Shown piece after piece: positions 9,753 to 20,385 of a stretch of DNA of 64,000 bases. The notes beneath the pieces are model-generated. The model was given only the letters and a program-made list of their open reading frames with translations, was not told where the DNA came from and did no database searches. This DNA comes from Candidatus Bathyarchaeota archaeon (lineage in GTDB: Archaea; Thermoproteota; Bathyarchaeia; TCS64): assembly GCA_963771885.1 (NCBI GenBank), contig CAVYVF010000007.1, forward strand, positions 109,089-173,088, given 5' to 3'. Position numbers and translations under genes: made by a program. The number at the start of each line of letters is the position of its first letter. The stretch's first letter is position 1.

Positions 9753-10715
9753 ATGGCTCCAAAGGCCGTCGACAGCATACTAGACGTCATCGGGAACACG
9801 CCTCTTGTCAAGCTACAGAAGCTCGCGCCCAAGAACGGCGCTGACATATTCGTGAAGGCCGAGTACCTCAATCCAAGCGGCAGCTACAAAGACCGCATCG
9901 CCGTCGAGATGATACGCACTGCTGAGAAGGAGGGCAAGCTCAAGCCCGGATACACGATCGTCGAGGCATCCACGGGCAACACGGGTACCGCCCTCAGCTT
10001 CGTCGGTACACGCCTTGGTTACAACGTCGAGATATACATGCCCGAGGGCATGACTCGCGAACGCATCAAGATCATGGAGAGCTACGGCGCCAAGGTCCAC
10101 GAGATGAAGATCGCGGGCCTCGACGCCAAGGGCAGCGTCGCAGGAGCCGAGGTCGAGTTTATCCCCCGGCAAAAGTGCCTCGACCTGGAGAGGAGTAACC
10201 CCAAGGTATGGTGGGCGCGCCAGTTCAGCAACCCCGCAAACTGGAGGGCACACCTCACAACGGGCAACGAGATATATGAACAGATGAACGGAAAAGTCGA
10301 CGCCTTCGTAGCCAGCATCGGCGTCGGAGGCACGCTCTACGGCGTCGCCAAGGCACTGAAGGCTAAGCTGCCGAAATGTCGGGTCATCGGGCTCGAGCCC
10401 GCCTCGGCAAAGCTCGCCATAAGCGACGGCATCATCTCCCCTCCCGGGATAAGCAAGGACATCGCCGGAGGAATAATCGAGGAGATGATGGAGAGTGGCC
10501 TCATCGACGAGGTCGTCAAGGTCAAGAACGAGGACGCCATCGCTACCTCGGATCGCCTCGTGAAGGAGGAGGGACTATTCTGCGGCATCTCCGCCGGAGC
10601 TAACGTCTACCACTCGATCAAGATCGCGACTGAGTTGGGCAGAGGTAAGCGCGTAGCCACCGTCCTCCCCGACCACAGGGACCGATACCTTAGCGAGAAG
10701 AAGTACACCACTTAG
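9753..10715 (+). CDS. cysK: PLP-dependent cysteine synthase family protein
   Basis: IGNTPLVKL, NPSGSYKDR, EASTGNTG, QFSNPAN, GISAGAN. Confidence 0.85.
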   Translation: MAPKAVDSILDVIGNTPLVKLQKLAPKNGADIFVKAEYLNPSGSYKDRIAVEMIRTAEKEGKLKPGYTIVEASTGNTGTALSFVGTRLGYNVEIYMPEGMTRERIKIMESYGAKVHEMKIAGLDAKGSVAGAEVEFIPRQKCLDLERSNPKVWWARQFSNPANWRAHLTTGNEIYEQMNGKVDAFVASIGVGGTLYGVAKALKAKLPKCRVIGLEPASAKLAISDGIISPPGISKDIAGGIIEEMMESGLIDEVVKVKNEDAIATSDRLVKEEGLFCGISAGANVYHSIKIATELGRGKRVATVLPDHRDRYLSEKKYTT

Positions 10716-10804
10716 CTCCGCTCAACATTTACTCGGTCGCGTTTCTTCGCCCGCAAGCGCTATTTTCTTGGAAATCGGGAATTGTTTGTTATTAATTTAT
10801 AAAT

Positions 10805-11353
10805 TTAAGAATTAATCTTGGCTAACCTCGCACCCGCCTTCTCGAGCATCTCGAGTTTGTGCCCTTTAGATACCTGGGTCACGGTCACAAGGTCGAATAC
10901 TGTGAATCCGACGCGGCGCAGATAGTCCTCGAGGTGGAGGAGCGCCTTTACACATCCGTTGCCTGTTCCCCCTGCGGAGGCTATGCCCAGCGCGTACCTC
11001 CCGTTCAGCGCCTTGAACTCACTCTTCACCTCGGTCCTGCGTAGCCTGTCGAGGAAGAGCTTGGCCGACTCGCTCAGGTCGCCCCAATAGACGGGGGTTG
11101 CGAAGACGAGCGCGTCTGCCGCGTGTATCTTGTCCCTCAGGGACTGGAACTCGTCGTCGATGACGCACGTTCCCTCCCTTCGGCACTGGCCCCAGCCACC
11201 ATCGCAGGCCATGCATGGCTTCACAATGACCTCGTTAAGGTTCACAAGCTCTACTGATGCGCCTTCCGTCTTCGCCCCCTCGATTACCGCCTTGGCAGTT
11301 TTCGCCGTCAGGCCGTCATCGTTCGGGCTGGACTGTATAGCAATTATCTTCAA
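10805..11353 (-). CDS. Flavodoxin family / iron-sulfur flavoprotein-like
   Basis: SSPN..G.T, CMAC..C..C..DD, ATPVYWG. Confidence 0.85.
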   Translation of the reverse strand: MKIIAIQSSPNDDGLTAKTAKAVIEGAKTEGASVELVNLNEVIVKPCMACDGGWGQCRREGTCVIDDEFQSLRDKIHAADALVFATPVYWGDLSESAKLFLDRLRRTEVKSEFKALNGRYALGIASAGGTGNGCVKALLHLEDYLRRVGFTVFDLVTVTQVSKGHKLEMLEKAGARLAKINS

Positions 11354-11433
11354 TAAACTGCACCCGTGTAGAGGGATGCGGTTCGGATGGCTTTAAATCT
11401 CGCCATCCTGTTCGAAAGGCACGTTTATATTAT

Positions 11434-11465
11434 AGTTATATGTTTTAACTGTTTATTCGGTGAAC
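11434..11465. promoter_or_regulatory. Candidate tandem MarR operator just downstream of a TATA-like box
   Basis: AGTTA-N7-TAACT (11434-11450) and GTTTA-N5-TGAAC (11451-11465) follow TTTATAT at ~11424. Confidence 0.35.
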
Positions 11466-11936
11466 GAAAAAATGGTTGACGCCTCGCCCCGGGGGAAGAT
11501 GGATCAGATGCTCGACGACATCTATAACGTGATTCCCCTCTTCCACCGCACATTCCTGAGGCCCGACGACCTCTCCCACAACCCAATGGGATCCGACTTC
11601 AAGGTCATGGGTATACTCAGGAAGCATGGGCCCCTCCCCATGTCACGCATCGGGTTCTGGCTTGGAATCTCGAAGCCCAACATGACCGCCATAATAAACA
11701 AGCTGATAACTGATGGAAGGGTCGAGAGGCGAGAGGATCCGAAAGATAGACGCATAGTCGAGGTCGCCCTAACCACCGAGGGCACGAAGTACATAGAGGA
11801 GTGCTGGAAAGAAGGACGGGAGACCGTGAGGGCGAAACTCTCGACACTATCCGACGAAGAGAAAGACACCCTCTACAAGGCGCTCGAAGACATCCGAATA
11901 ACCATATCAAAACTCAACGAGATGAAGAAGCAGTGA
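11460..11936 (+). CDS. MarR family regulator
   Basis: ISKPNMTAIINKL..VERREDPKDRR..LT.EG. Confidence 0.9.
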   Translation: MNEKMVDASPRGKMDQMLDDIYNVIPLFHRTFLRPDDLSHNPMGSDFKVMGILRKHGPLPMSRIGFWLGISKPNMTAIINKLITDGRVERREDPKDRRIVEVALTTEGTKYIEECWKEGRETVRAKLSTLSDEEKDTLYKALEDIRITISKLNEMKKQ

Positions 11937-11958
11937 AGATTACCCAAACATTGAGCCA

Positions 11959-13713
11959 GTGGGAGGCACATCTTTGACTAACTCCCTGATCAGGATACTA
12001 TCCTACCTCAGGCCCTACTGGAAACCAGCGGTCCTGTCGATACTGATGCTCTCCGTCTCCGTCATAGCGGAACTGCAGATACCTCGGCTCCTACAGAGCA
12101 TCATCGACACGGGCATACCGAACAAGGATCTTGCTTTCATCGCAGGAACCGCGGTCCTCATGGTGGTCATCGCCTTCATGGACGCGGGCATGGCGATCGG
12201 TAACACGTTTCTATCCGTCCGCGCCGCGCAGGGGTTCGCCGCCGACGTGAGGAGCGCCATCTTCCGCCGCATACAGAGTTTCAGCTTCGGAAACCTCGAC
12301 AAGTTCCAGACCGGCCAGCTCATCATCAGGATGACGAGCGACGTCAACATCATCCAGATGATGGTGATGATGGGGCTTCGCATGTTCATCAGGGCACCCC
12401 TAATGATTGTTGGCAGCGTCGCCCTCATGTACTCGATAAACACTGAACTCGCAAACATCATACTGCTCATCATGCCGCTTACACTCGTCTTCGCCGGCAT
12501 TTTCGTCTGGAAGGGGCAGCCCATGTTCATGAAAGTCCAGACCAAACTCGACAGGCTCAACTCAGTACTGCAGGAGAACCTCTCTGGCGTGCGCGTCGTC
12601 AAGGCTTTCGTGCGCCAGAAGCACGAGTCAGAGAGGTTCGACGCCGCCAACACCGACCTGATGAACCAGGCCATAAGCGTCAACCGTTTCATGATGTTTC
12701 TAATGCCCGCCCTCTTCGTCCTTATCAACCTCGGTGTGCTAGCCGTACTCTACTTCGGCGGCTTGCAGGTCATCGCGGGGACGTTCACTGTGGGTGAGAT
12801 ACTGGCCTTCTCAAACTATCTCCTCTCAAGCATGTTCCCTCTCATCTTCCTCTCGATCATGGCGAGCCAAGCATCCGCCGCAATAGCCTCAGGGAACAGG
12901 ATATACGAGGTCATAGACTCGGAGCCGATGGTTCAGAATAAGCCCAACGCAACAGTGCTAAGCGACGTAACCGGACAGGTAGCGTTCGAAGACGTATCCT
13001 TCAGTTATGCTAAGGGTGGTGAACCAGTCTTAAATAATGTCAGTTTTACAGCCACCCCTGGACAGGTCGTCGCCTTACTCGGCGCAACGGGCAGCGGCAA
13101 GTCGACACTCATCAACCTCATCCCCCGATTCTATGACGCAAACTCCGGCAGAGTGACGGTCGATGGTGTCGATGTAAAAGACGTGACCCTTGAGTCACTC
13201 CGCACACACATAGGAATCGCCCTGCAGGAGCCCGTGCTCTTCAGTGGGTTGATCCGTGACAACATAAAATATGGGAGACCAGACGCAACCGACGAAGACG
13301 TCGTCGAGGCTGCCAAGGCAGCTCAGGCACACGAGTTCATCTTGAGCCTTCCCAAGGGCTACGACACCGAAGTCGGCGAACGAGGCGTCGGCCTCAGCGG
13401 AGGCCAGAAGCAGCGCATAAGCATCGCCCGTGCCATACTCGTTAAGCCAAAGATACTCATACTCGACGACTCGACCAGCAGCGTTGACATCGAAACCGAG
13501 GCACTCATACAGCAGGCGCTAGAGACCGTGATGAAGGGACGCACAAGTTTCATCATCGCCCAGAGAATAAGCAGTGTGCTCAAGGCTGACAAGATACTCG
13601 TCCTAGACCGTGGCAAGATCGTGGCCGAGGGCCACCACAAGGAGCTGATGGAGAAGAGCCCGATATATCGTGAAATATTCAACTCCCAGCTCGGTGGAGG
13701 CATCAGGCAATGA
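11959..13713 (+). CDS. Heterodimeric ABC exporter subunit (TM287-like; Walker B Asp instead of Glu)
   Basis: 6 TM + NBD, GATGSGKS, LSGGQ, ILDDSTS. Confidence 0.92.
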   Translation: MGGTSLTNSLIRILSYLRPYWKPAVLSILMLSVSVIAELQIPRLLQSIIDTGIPNKDLAFIAGTAVLMVVIAFMDAGMAIGNTFLSVRAAQGFAADVRSAIFRRIQSFSFGNLDKFQTGQLIIRMTSDVNIIQMMVMMGLRMFIRAPLMIVGSVALMYSINTELANIILLIMPLTLVFAGIFVWKGQPMFMKVQTKLDRLNSVLQENLSGVRVVKAFVRQKHESERFDAANTDLMNQAISVNRFMMFLMPALFVLINLGVLAVLYFGGLQVIAGTFTVGEILAFSNYLLSSMFPLIFLSIMASQASAAIASGNRIYEVIDSEPMVQNKPNATVLSDVTGQVAFEDVSFSYAKGGEPVLNNVSFTATPGQVVALLGATGSGKSTLINLIPRFYDANSGRVTVDGVDVKDVTLESLRTHIGIALQEPVLFSGLIRDNIKYGRPDATDEDVVEAAKAAQAHEFILSLPKGYDTEVGERGVGLSGGQKQRISIARAILVKPKILILDDSTSSVDIETEALIQQALETVMKGRTSFIIAQRISSVLKADKILVLDRGKIVAEGHHKELMEKSPIYREIFNSQLGGGIRQ

Positions 13714-15560
13714 GCCACGGACCGATGGGCGGTGGCCCACGTGGCCCAGGCCCGGGTGGACCCGGCGGCGGCATGGGCAGGGGAATGGATCGCGCCAAGA
13801 AGCCAAGGGAGACAATAGCCCGCCTCGCGAGTTACCTACTCGTCTACAAGCTGCAGCTTGTGCTGGTAGTGTTCAGTATAATCGCCGCTGGCGTGCTCCA
13901 GTTGCTCGGCCCCTACCTCATAGGCGTGACTATTGACCAGTATATTCTCAAGGGAGACGTCCCTGGGCTCGTCAGGATGGCGCTGTTACTTCTCGGCGTT
14001 TACCTCGCGGGGTGGGCGATGCAGGCGGCTCAGGGCTGGATCATGGCGACGATAAGCCAACGTGCTCTTCGCCAGATACGCAAGGACCTCTTCGAGCACA
14101 TGCAGACACTCAGCCTCAGCTTCTTCGACAAGAGGAGCCAAGGCGACCTGATGAGTAGACTGACTAACGACATCGACGCCGTAAACCAGGCGATGACGAT
14201 GAACGTCACCCAGATCATCAGCAGTGTACTCAGCCTCGTCGGGATACTCATCGCAATGTTTGCGCTCAACCTCTGGATGGCTCTTGGCAACCTCGCCGTC
14301 ATCCCCTTCATGCTCTTCGTGACGCTCGTCATCGGCAAGCGGACGATGAGTGGGTTCCGCGGGCTTCAGTTCTCGATGGGGCGGCTCAACGGCAGGATTG
14401 AGGAGATAATCAGCGGCGAGCGCGTCGTGCAGGCCTTCAGCAGGCAAGACGCCATACTCGCAGACTTCGACAAGGACAACGAGGGGCTGCGCGTAGCCGC
14501 GACAAAGGCGATGAGTTGGGGCTTCATAATCATGCCCCTAGTCAATGTCATGAGTTACATCGGCATCGCCGTCGTCTCCGGCCTCGGCGGATGGCTCGTC
14601 GTCATCGGGGCGGTCTCAGTTGGCCTCGTAGTCACCTTCATCAACTACGCCAGGAACTTCGTCCAGCCACTCCGCCAACTCGCCGACCTCTACAATAGTA
14701 TACAGACCGCACTCGCAGGCGCGGAGCGCGTATTCGAGATAATCGACACCAAGCCAGAGATCAACGATAAGCCCAATGCTGAGTCACTCCATGAGATACA
14801 GGGTGATATTGTCTTCGACCACGTCGGCTTCACGTACGACGGCAAGACCCCTATACTGACGGATGTGAGCTTCCACGCGGAGCCAGGCCAGACCATCGCC
14901 CTAGTCGGGCCAACTGGCGCAGGAAAGACTACTATGGTTAACATCCTTAGCAGGTTTTACGACATCTGCTGCGGTGACATACTCATAGACGGCACGAGTA
15001 TACGCGACGTAACGAGGGAGAGCCTTCGCAGGCAGATCGGCACGGTGCTTCAGGACAACTTCCTCTTTGCTGACACGGTGATGGAGAACATACGCTACGG
15101 CAACCTCGAGGCAACCGACGAGGACTGCATAGCAGCAGCGAAACTCGCCAATGCGGACCAATTCATAGTACGCCTCCCAGATGGCTACAAGACGAAGCTG
15201 ACAGAGAGGGGGAGCAACCTGAGCCAGGGGCAGAGGCAACTCCTCGCCATCGCGCGCGCCGTCGTAGCCGACCCGAAGATACTCATCCTCGACGAGGCAA
15301 CAAGTAACGTAGACACTAGAACCGAGATCCGGATACAGGAGGCGCTGCTTCGACTCATGGAGGGGAGGACGAGCTTCGTCATCGCCCACCGCCTCAGCAC
15401 CATCAGGAACGCGGACCAAGTACTCGTGATAAACAACGGGCAGATAATCGAAAGGGGCACCCACGACACCCTGCTGGCTCAGAGGGGCTTCTACTTCAAC
15501 CTCTACAACAGCCAGTTCAGGGGAACTAGCCCCTCCGCTGCGCCGGGTAAATCCCTATAA
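13710..15560 (+). CDS. Heterodimeric ABC exporter subunit (TM288-like)
   Basis: GPTGAGKT, LSQGQ, ILDEATS, IAHRL; ATGA overlap with partner. Confidence 0.92.
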   Translation: MSHGPMGGGPRGPGPGGPGGGMGRGMDRAKKPRETIARLASYLLVYKLQLVLVVFSIIAAGVLQLLGPYLIGVTIDQYILKGDVPGLVRMALLLLGVYLAGWAMQAAQGWIMATISQRALRQIRKDLFEHMQTLSLSFFDKRSQGDLMSRLTNDIDAVNQAMTMNVTQIISSVLSLVGILIAMFALNLWMALGNLAVIPFMLFVTLVIGKRTMSGFRGLQFSMGRLNGRIEEIISGERVVQAFSRQDAILADFDKDNEGLRVAATKAMSWGFIIMPLVNVMSYIGIAVVSGLGGWLVVIGAVSVGLVVTFINYARNFVQPLRQLADLYNSIQTALAGAERVFEIIDTKPEINDKPNAESLHEIQGDIVFDHVGFTYDGKTPILTDVSFHAEPGQTIALVGPTGAGKTTMVNILSRFYDICCGDILIDGTSIRDVTRESLRRQIGTVLQDNFLFADTVMENIRYGNLEATDEDCIAAAKLANADQFIVRLPDGYKTKLTERGSNLSQGQRQLLAIARAVVADPKILILDEATSNVDTRTEIRIQEALLRLMEGRTSFVIAHRLSTIRNADQVLVINNGQIIERGTHDTLLAQRGFYFNLYNSQFRGTSPSAAPGKSL

Positions 15561-15583
15561 CCGGGTAACCAACTTCTCTTCTG

Positions 15584-15901
15584 ATGCCCGCAGAGTACCT
15601 CTTCCTCCTCCTCTTCATACTGGGGTGCCTTCTATTCGCCCACTTCGTAGGCAACAGTCCCGTGAGCAAGGTAGTGGAAACCCGCTTGACGGGGAAGAGG
15701 GTGAAGTACCAACAAAGCATCACCGCCTCCGGGAACACATACGTCCCGATAAAGCATGAGGTTTTCACCATCGACACCGAGGTAACCTTCGACGTCCCTG
15801 TCCGCAAGTCGCTCTGGGACAAGCTCGACACGAATGATAAAGTGCTCCTCAACAAGCACCTGAACGGTGAGTACAGCTTCAAGAAGCGGGTCACGGAATG
15901 A
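15584..15901 (+). CDS. Hypothetical single-TM protein
   Basis: 105 aa with N-terminal hydrophobic helix. Confidence 0.55.
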   Translation: MPAEYLFLLLFILGCLLFAHFVGNSPVSKVVETRLTGKRVKYQQSITASGNTYVPIKHEVFTIDTEVTFDVPVRKSLWDKLDTNDKVLLNKHLNGEYSFKKRVTE

Positions 15902-16977
15902 TCTCGCAGCCGTTGTTTATTCTCGGGTAGTCGAGCGCGTCCCCAGGTAGCGTTCCGTCCTTCATGAGTTTCCTCGTCGGTTCCACGAGTGTGCCAAGCT
16001 CCCTAATCATGTGGCGAGTCGAGGCGCAGACCCTGTCGAACCACCTCTGCCCCCAGAACATAGTCTTGTTTGAGAAGAGGCACCTGCCACCACAGACCCA
16101 CTTGTCGGGGCAGAGACTACACGGTTCGCCGACAGGCATGATGTTACGCAGCGACTCTGGTGTGCTGTTCCTAATGTCCCCGACTGAGGAGTAGGGCATC
16201 TCTGGCGCGATGGGGCAGACATCTATCCTTCCGCTTGTCATGACGGCGAAACTATCCCTTCCAGAGCCACACCAGATGTGTGGCGTGGGCTTCACCGGTG
16301 ATGAGGGTACGGAGGATGGGAATGAACGGCACAATACCGGGGACGAAGCCTTTTTGGAGGGAGTCGCCGAAGTCTCTCACAAGCTTCGTGATCCCCTCGT
16401 CGTATCTAGATAGCCACTCCTCCACCTCATGCTCGAACTTTATCTCGCTCCAGAAGACGTCGAGCTGCCAGTGTATGTGGTCGAAGGCGGGGTCTGTTAG
16501 TGAGACGAGGTGCGATACGTCTCTGTATATGTCACCCCTACGGCTGAATGCTATCCTCGCGACGAGATCGCCCTCGTAGCCCTTACGGCGGATGCTCTGG
16601 CAGTTTTTGATGACCGTGTCGTAGACGCCTTCGTATCTATTTGCGTCGGTGACCTCCCTCCCACCGTCGATACTGACGAGAATGGCGTCGAGGCGCCTAA
16701 GGTATGAAGGATTTACCTCGTCTAGGTGTGTGGCGTTTGTCTGTAGAGTAAATGCTTTAGCGGGAACACTGTCCATGATCTCGTACATCTTGTCTAAGGC
16801 GAGAAGCGGTTCACCACCATAGAATCCAATGATCGCCTCATGGTCGCGACGAATAAAATGCTTCAACTCTCCCACGTCGTAAGCGACCTCAAGGGGTATT
16901 CCCTCTACGTGCCTCGTGCCCCCGCAGTAGCCGCAGCGCAGGTTACACCTCTCCGTGAGGACGACGTGGTACTGCAA
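15891..16977 (-). CDS. Radical SAM/SPASM protein, AF0577 (TIGR04084)-like; frameshift near 16290
   Basis: CNLRCGYC, FYGGEP, SIDG; second frame CGSG..CP..C..C...CGGRC, ending NGCEIIP. Confidence 0.8.
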
Positions 16978-17092
16978 TTCAGGAAAGCGCGTCGAGGACC
17001 GATAAAAGGATGTGGGATGCGCAACCCGCGTTGCTCATTCCGCTTATTAACGATGGATAGCCTCATACCACAACCAAAAAGCCGGTGCGACT

Positions 17093-18634
17093 ATGCCAAG
17101 CAACGAGTTCTATCTGAGCCAGTTCCAGGCAAGGAGCAAGATCAACCCCCCGAAGCGAGTAATCATCTTCGACACGTCGATGAGGGATGGAGAGCAGACC
17201 CCAGGCGTGACATACACGAATGACGAGAAGATCGAGATAGCGCGCAAGCTCGACGAGCTCGGAGTGCCCAAGATCGAGGCGAGCTTCGCCATCTCGAGCG
17301 AGGGCGAGGCCGAGGCGACTAAGAAGATACAGAAGCTCGGCTTAACCAGCTTGATAACTACGCTCGCAAGACCCCTAAAGGAGGATATCGACAAAGCTCT
17401 CTGGTGTGACGTACCTTATGTTCACATATTCATCAGCACGAGTGACTTGCACATCCAGACGATGATGAAGACGACCCGGGAGGAGGTTCTTAGACAGAGC
17501 GTCGAGGGCATCGAATACGCCCGAGACCACGGGCTTCGAGTCGAGTACAGTCCACAGGACGCGACGCGCACGGACATGGATTACTTGATCGAGATATGCA
17601 AGGCTGCGGAGGACGCCGGAGCGGAGATGCTGAACATTCCCGACACAGTCGGCGTCATGACGCCCCGCATGACATTCGAATTCTTCAGCGAGCTGAAGAA
17701 GCACGTGAAGACTCCCCTAAGCGCTCACGCTCACAACGACCTCGGGCAGGCGGTTGCGAACACACTCGCCGCCATCGAGGCGGGTGCCGAGCAGGCTCAT
17801 GTCACAATCAACGGTCTCGGCGAGCGCGCGGGCAACGCGAGTCTGGAGCAGGTCGCGGTCTGCCTTGAGAGCCAGTACAGGATACCCACGGGCATAAACT
17901 TCGGCAAGATCGCCGAGGTATCCGAGATGATACAGCACTACAGCGGCATCTACCTCCCGCCAACGACGCCCATCGTCGGCGACAACGCCTTCGCCCACGA
18001 GTCCGGCATCCACGTCCACGGCCTCCTAGCACACAGCGGCAACTACGAGATACTGAGCCCCGAGTTTGTGGGCAAGAAGCGCCGTATCGTGGCTGGTAAG
18101 CACGCTGGGCGCCACGGTATCGGCAGCATGGTCGAGGGCATGGGCTTCCGCCCGAGCAAGGATCAGTTAAAGCTCATCGCGGAGGCTGTGAAGGCACTGG
18201 GTGACTCGGGTAAGAGTGTAACAGACACCGACCTCTACGCCATAACGAAGAATATCATGAACATCAAGGGCGAGGAACGCGTAAAGCTCAAGGAGCTAGT
18301 CGTGGTGACAGGAAACACGGTCACGCCGACCGCCTCGGCAATCCTAATCATCGACGGCAAGGAATACGCAGGCGCCAGTATTGGAAACGGCCCCATAGAC
18401 GCCGCCGTAAAAGCCCTCACAAACGTCGAGAAGGGCTTCCGCGACATGAGCCTCGAGAAGTTCAACATGAAAGCCATCACGGGAGGCACAAACGCAGTTG
18501 CCGACGTCACTGTGAGCATGCGCCGCAACGGGCGCCACGTCACCGCGAGCAGCGTCAGCGGAGACACCGTCATGGCGAGCGTCGAAGCAATCCTCAAAGG
18601 CATGAACAGGCTGCTGGAGACCGAAGAAGAATGA
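17093..18634 (+). CDS. leuA: 2-isopropylmalate synthase (or citramalate synthase paralog)
   Basis: DTSMRDGEQ, HAHND, GLGERAGN, HESGIH, C-terminal regulatory GNGPIDA. Confidence 0.85.
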   Translation: MPSNEFYLSQFQARSKINPPKRVIIFDTSMRDGEQTPGVTYTNDEKIEIARKLDELGVPKIEASFAISSEGEAEATKKIQKLGLTSLITTLARPLKEDIDKALWCDVPYVHIFISTSDLHIQTMMKTTREEVLRQSVEGIEYARDHGLRVEYSPQDATRTDMDYLIEICKAAEDAGAEMLNIPDTVGVMTPRMTFEFFSELKKHVKTPLSAHAHNDLGQAVANTLAAIEAGAEQAHVTINGLGERAGNASLEQVAVCLESQYRIPTGINFGKIAEVSEMIQHYSGIYLPPTTPIVGDNAFAHESGIHVHGLLAHSGNYEILSPEFVGKKRRIVAGKHAGRHGIGSMVEGMGFRPSKDQLKLIAEAVKALGDSGKSVTDTDLYAITKNIMNIKGEERVKLKELVVVTGNTVTPTASAILIIDGKEYAGASIGNGPIDAAVKALTNVEKGFRDMSLEKFNMKAITGGTNAVADVTVSMRRNGRHVTASSVSGDTVMASVEAILKGMNRLLETEEE

Positions 18635-19893
18635 GCCAGACAGTAAGCCAAAAGATACTTGCTGACCACGCTGGATTGAAGAGCGTCGAACCCGGCGAGA
18701 TAGTAAAAGCGAAGATAGATATTGCGATGGCCCCCGACCTCACCGCCGTCATCGCGTACCATGCGATGAAGGAGATGGGCCTCAAGAAGGTCTGGGATAA
18801 GAACAAGGTCGTCTTCCTTAACGACCATATCTCCCCCGCTACGAACGTGCAGAACGCGACGCTTCACAAGCAGTGCAGGGAGATAGCCAAAACGGAGGAC
18901 TTTACATTCTTCTACGACATCAATGCCGGGGTCTGCCATCAGGTACTCCCGGAGAAGGGGCACGTCTGGCCCGGGATGCTCCTCGTAGGTGCTGACAGCC
19001 ACACATGCACACACGGCGCATTCGGCGCCTTCGCCACGGGCATAGGCTCCACGGATATGGGCGCGGCGCTCGGCACTGGGAAACTGTGGTTCAAGGTCCC
19101 AGAGACAATCCGGGTCGAGGTGAATGGACAGCTGGCTCAACACGTAGCCCCCAAGGATGTTGTCCTAAAGACCGCGAAGGAAATCGGCGCGGATGGCGCC
19201 ACATACATGGCGATCGAGTTCGGCGGCGAAACCATCCGAGCCATGAGCATGGCGGGCAGAATGACCCTATGCAACATGGCAATAGAGATGGGCGGAAAGA
19301 CAGGCATCGTCGAGCCAGACCGGATCACAGACGCCTTCCTCAGGGACCGCGTCAGGAACAAGTACAAGATAATCAAGTCCGACCCCAACGCCGAGTATGT
19401 AAAGAGGGTCGAGATCGACGCCTCTGCGCTCGAACCACAGGTCGCGTGTCCCCACGCCGTCGACAACGTCAAGGACGTCACAAAGGTCGCTGGTACGAAG
19501 GTCGACCAGGTCTTCATAGGCTCGTGTACGAACGGACGCGTCGAGGACCTTGAAGAGGCAGCGAAGATACTCAGGGGCAAGAGAATAAGCAGGGACGTGC
19601 GCCTCATGGTCACACCCAGCAGTTACGAGGTATACGACGAAGCCAACTCAAAGGGCATCATAAAGACCCTGATGGACGCTGGCGGGGTCGTCTGCAACCC
19701 GAGCTGCGGCGCATGCTTCGGAGGCAACAATGGCGTCATCGCACCTGGTGAGGTCAGCCTCTCCACCAGCAACCGCAACTTCAGGGGCCGCCAGGGTAGC
19801 ACGGAGGGATTCGTCTACCTCTGCAGCCCCGCAACAGCCGCTGCGTCGGCGATTACTGGGGTCATCAGCGACCCAAGGGAGGTCAAACAATGA
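18631..19893 (+). CDS. leuC: 3-isopropylmalate dehydratase large subunit (archaeal type)
   Basis: DSHTCTHGA, GSCTNGR, CGAC, STSNRNF. Confidence 0.9.
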   Translation: MSQTVSQKILADHAGLKSVEPGEIVKAKIDIAMAPDLTAVIAYHAMKEMGLKKVWDKNKVVFLNDHISPATNVQNATLHKQCREIAKTEDFTFFYDINAGVCHQVLPEKGHVWPGMLLVGADSHTCTHGAFGAFATGIGSTDMGAALGTGKLWFKVPETIRVEVNGQLAQHVAPKDVVLKTAKEIGADGATYMAIEFGGETIRAMSMAGRMTLCNMAIEMGGKTGIVEPDRITDAFLRDRVRNKYKIIKSDPNAEYVKRVEIDASALEPQVACPHAVDNVKDVTKVAGTKVDQVFIGSCTNGRVEDLEEAAKILRGKRISRDVRLMVTPSSYEVYDEANSKGIIKTLMDAGGVVCNPSCGACFGGNNGVIAPGEVSLSTSNRNFRGRQGSTEGFVYLCSPATAAASAITGVISDPREVKQ

Positions 19894-20381
19894 AGATAAA
19901 CGGCAAGGCTTGGAACTACGGCGACAATATTAACACCGACTTCATGCTCCCCGGCAAGTACCTCGAGTACACAGATCCGAAGGAACTAGCTAAGCACGCC
20001 ATGGAGGGTATAGACCCCTCCTTCGCGAAGAAGGTGCAGAAGGGCGACATCGTCGTAGGGGGCAAGAATATGGGCCTCGGCTCTAGCCGGGAGCATGCGC
20101 CAATCGCGTTGAAGCATGCCGGCGTCGGCGCAGTCGTCGCGGAGAACTTTGCTAGGATCTTCTACCGTAACTCCTTCAACGTTGGGCTCGCAGCCATCGA
20201 GTGCCCCGGAATCTCGAAGGTGAAAACAGGCGACGATGTCGAGATCGACACAGCAGCCGGCACTGTAACCATCAACGGGAAGGAGAAGCTGGCGATCAAA
20301 CCGCTCCCCGACTTCATGGTGCAACTACTAGCCGAGGGCGGGCTTGTACCATACCTTAAAGCGCACATGAAGGAGTGGTAG
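19890..20381 (+). CDS. leuD: 3-isopropylmalate dehydratase small subunit
   Basis: DNINTD, GSSREHA, FARIFYRN. Confidence 0.9.
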   Translation: MKINGKAWNYGDNINTDFMLPGKYLEYTDPKELAKHAMEGIDPSFAKKVQKGDIVVGGKNMGLGSSREHAPIALKHAGVGAVVAENFARIFYRNSFNVGLAAIECPGISKVKTGDDVEIDTAAGTVTINGKEKLAIKPLPDFMVQLLAEGGLVPYLKAHMKEW

Positions 20382-20385
20382 CTGC

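Noticed and set aside
13710..13790. Gly/Pro-rich low-complexity N-terminus of the ABC subunit
   Set aside because: Common in TM288-like exporters; not a distinct element
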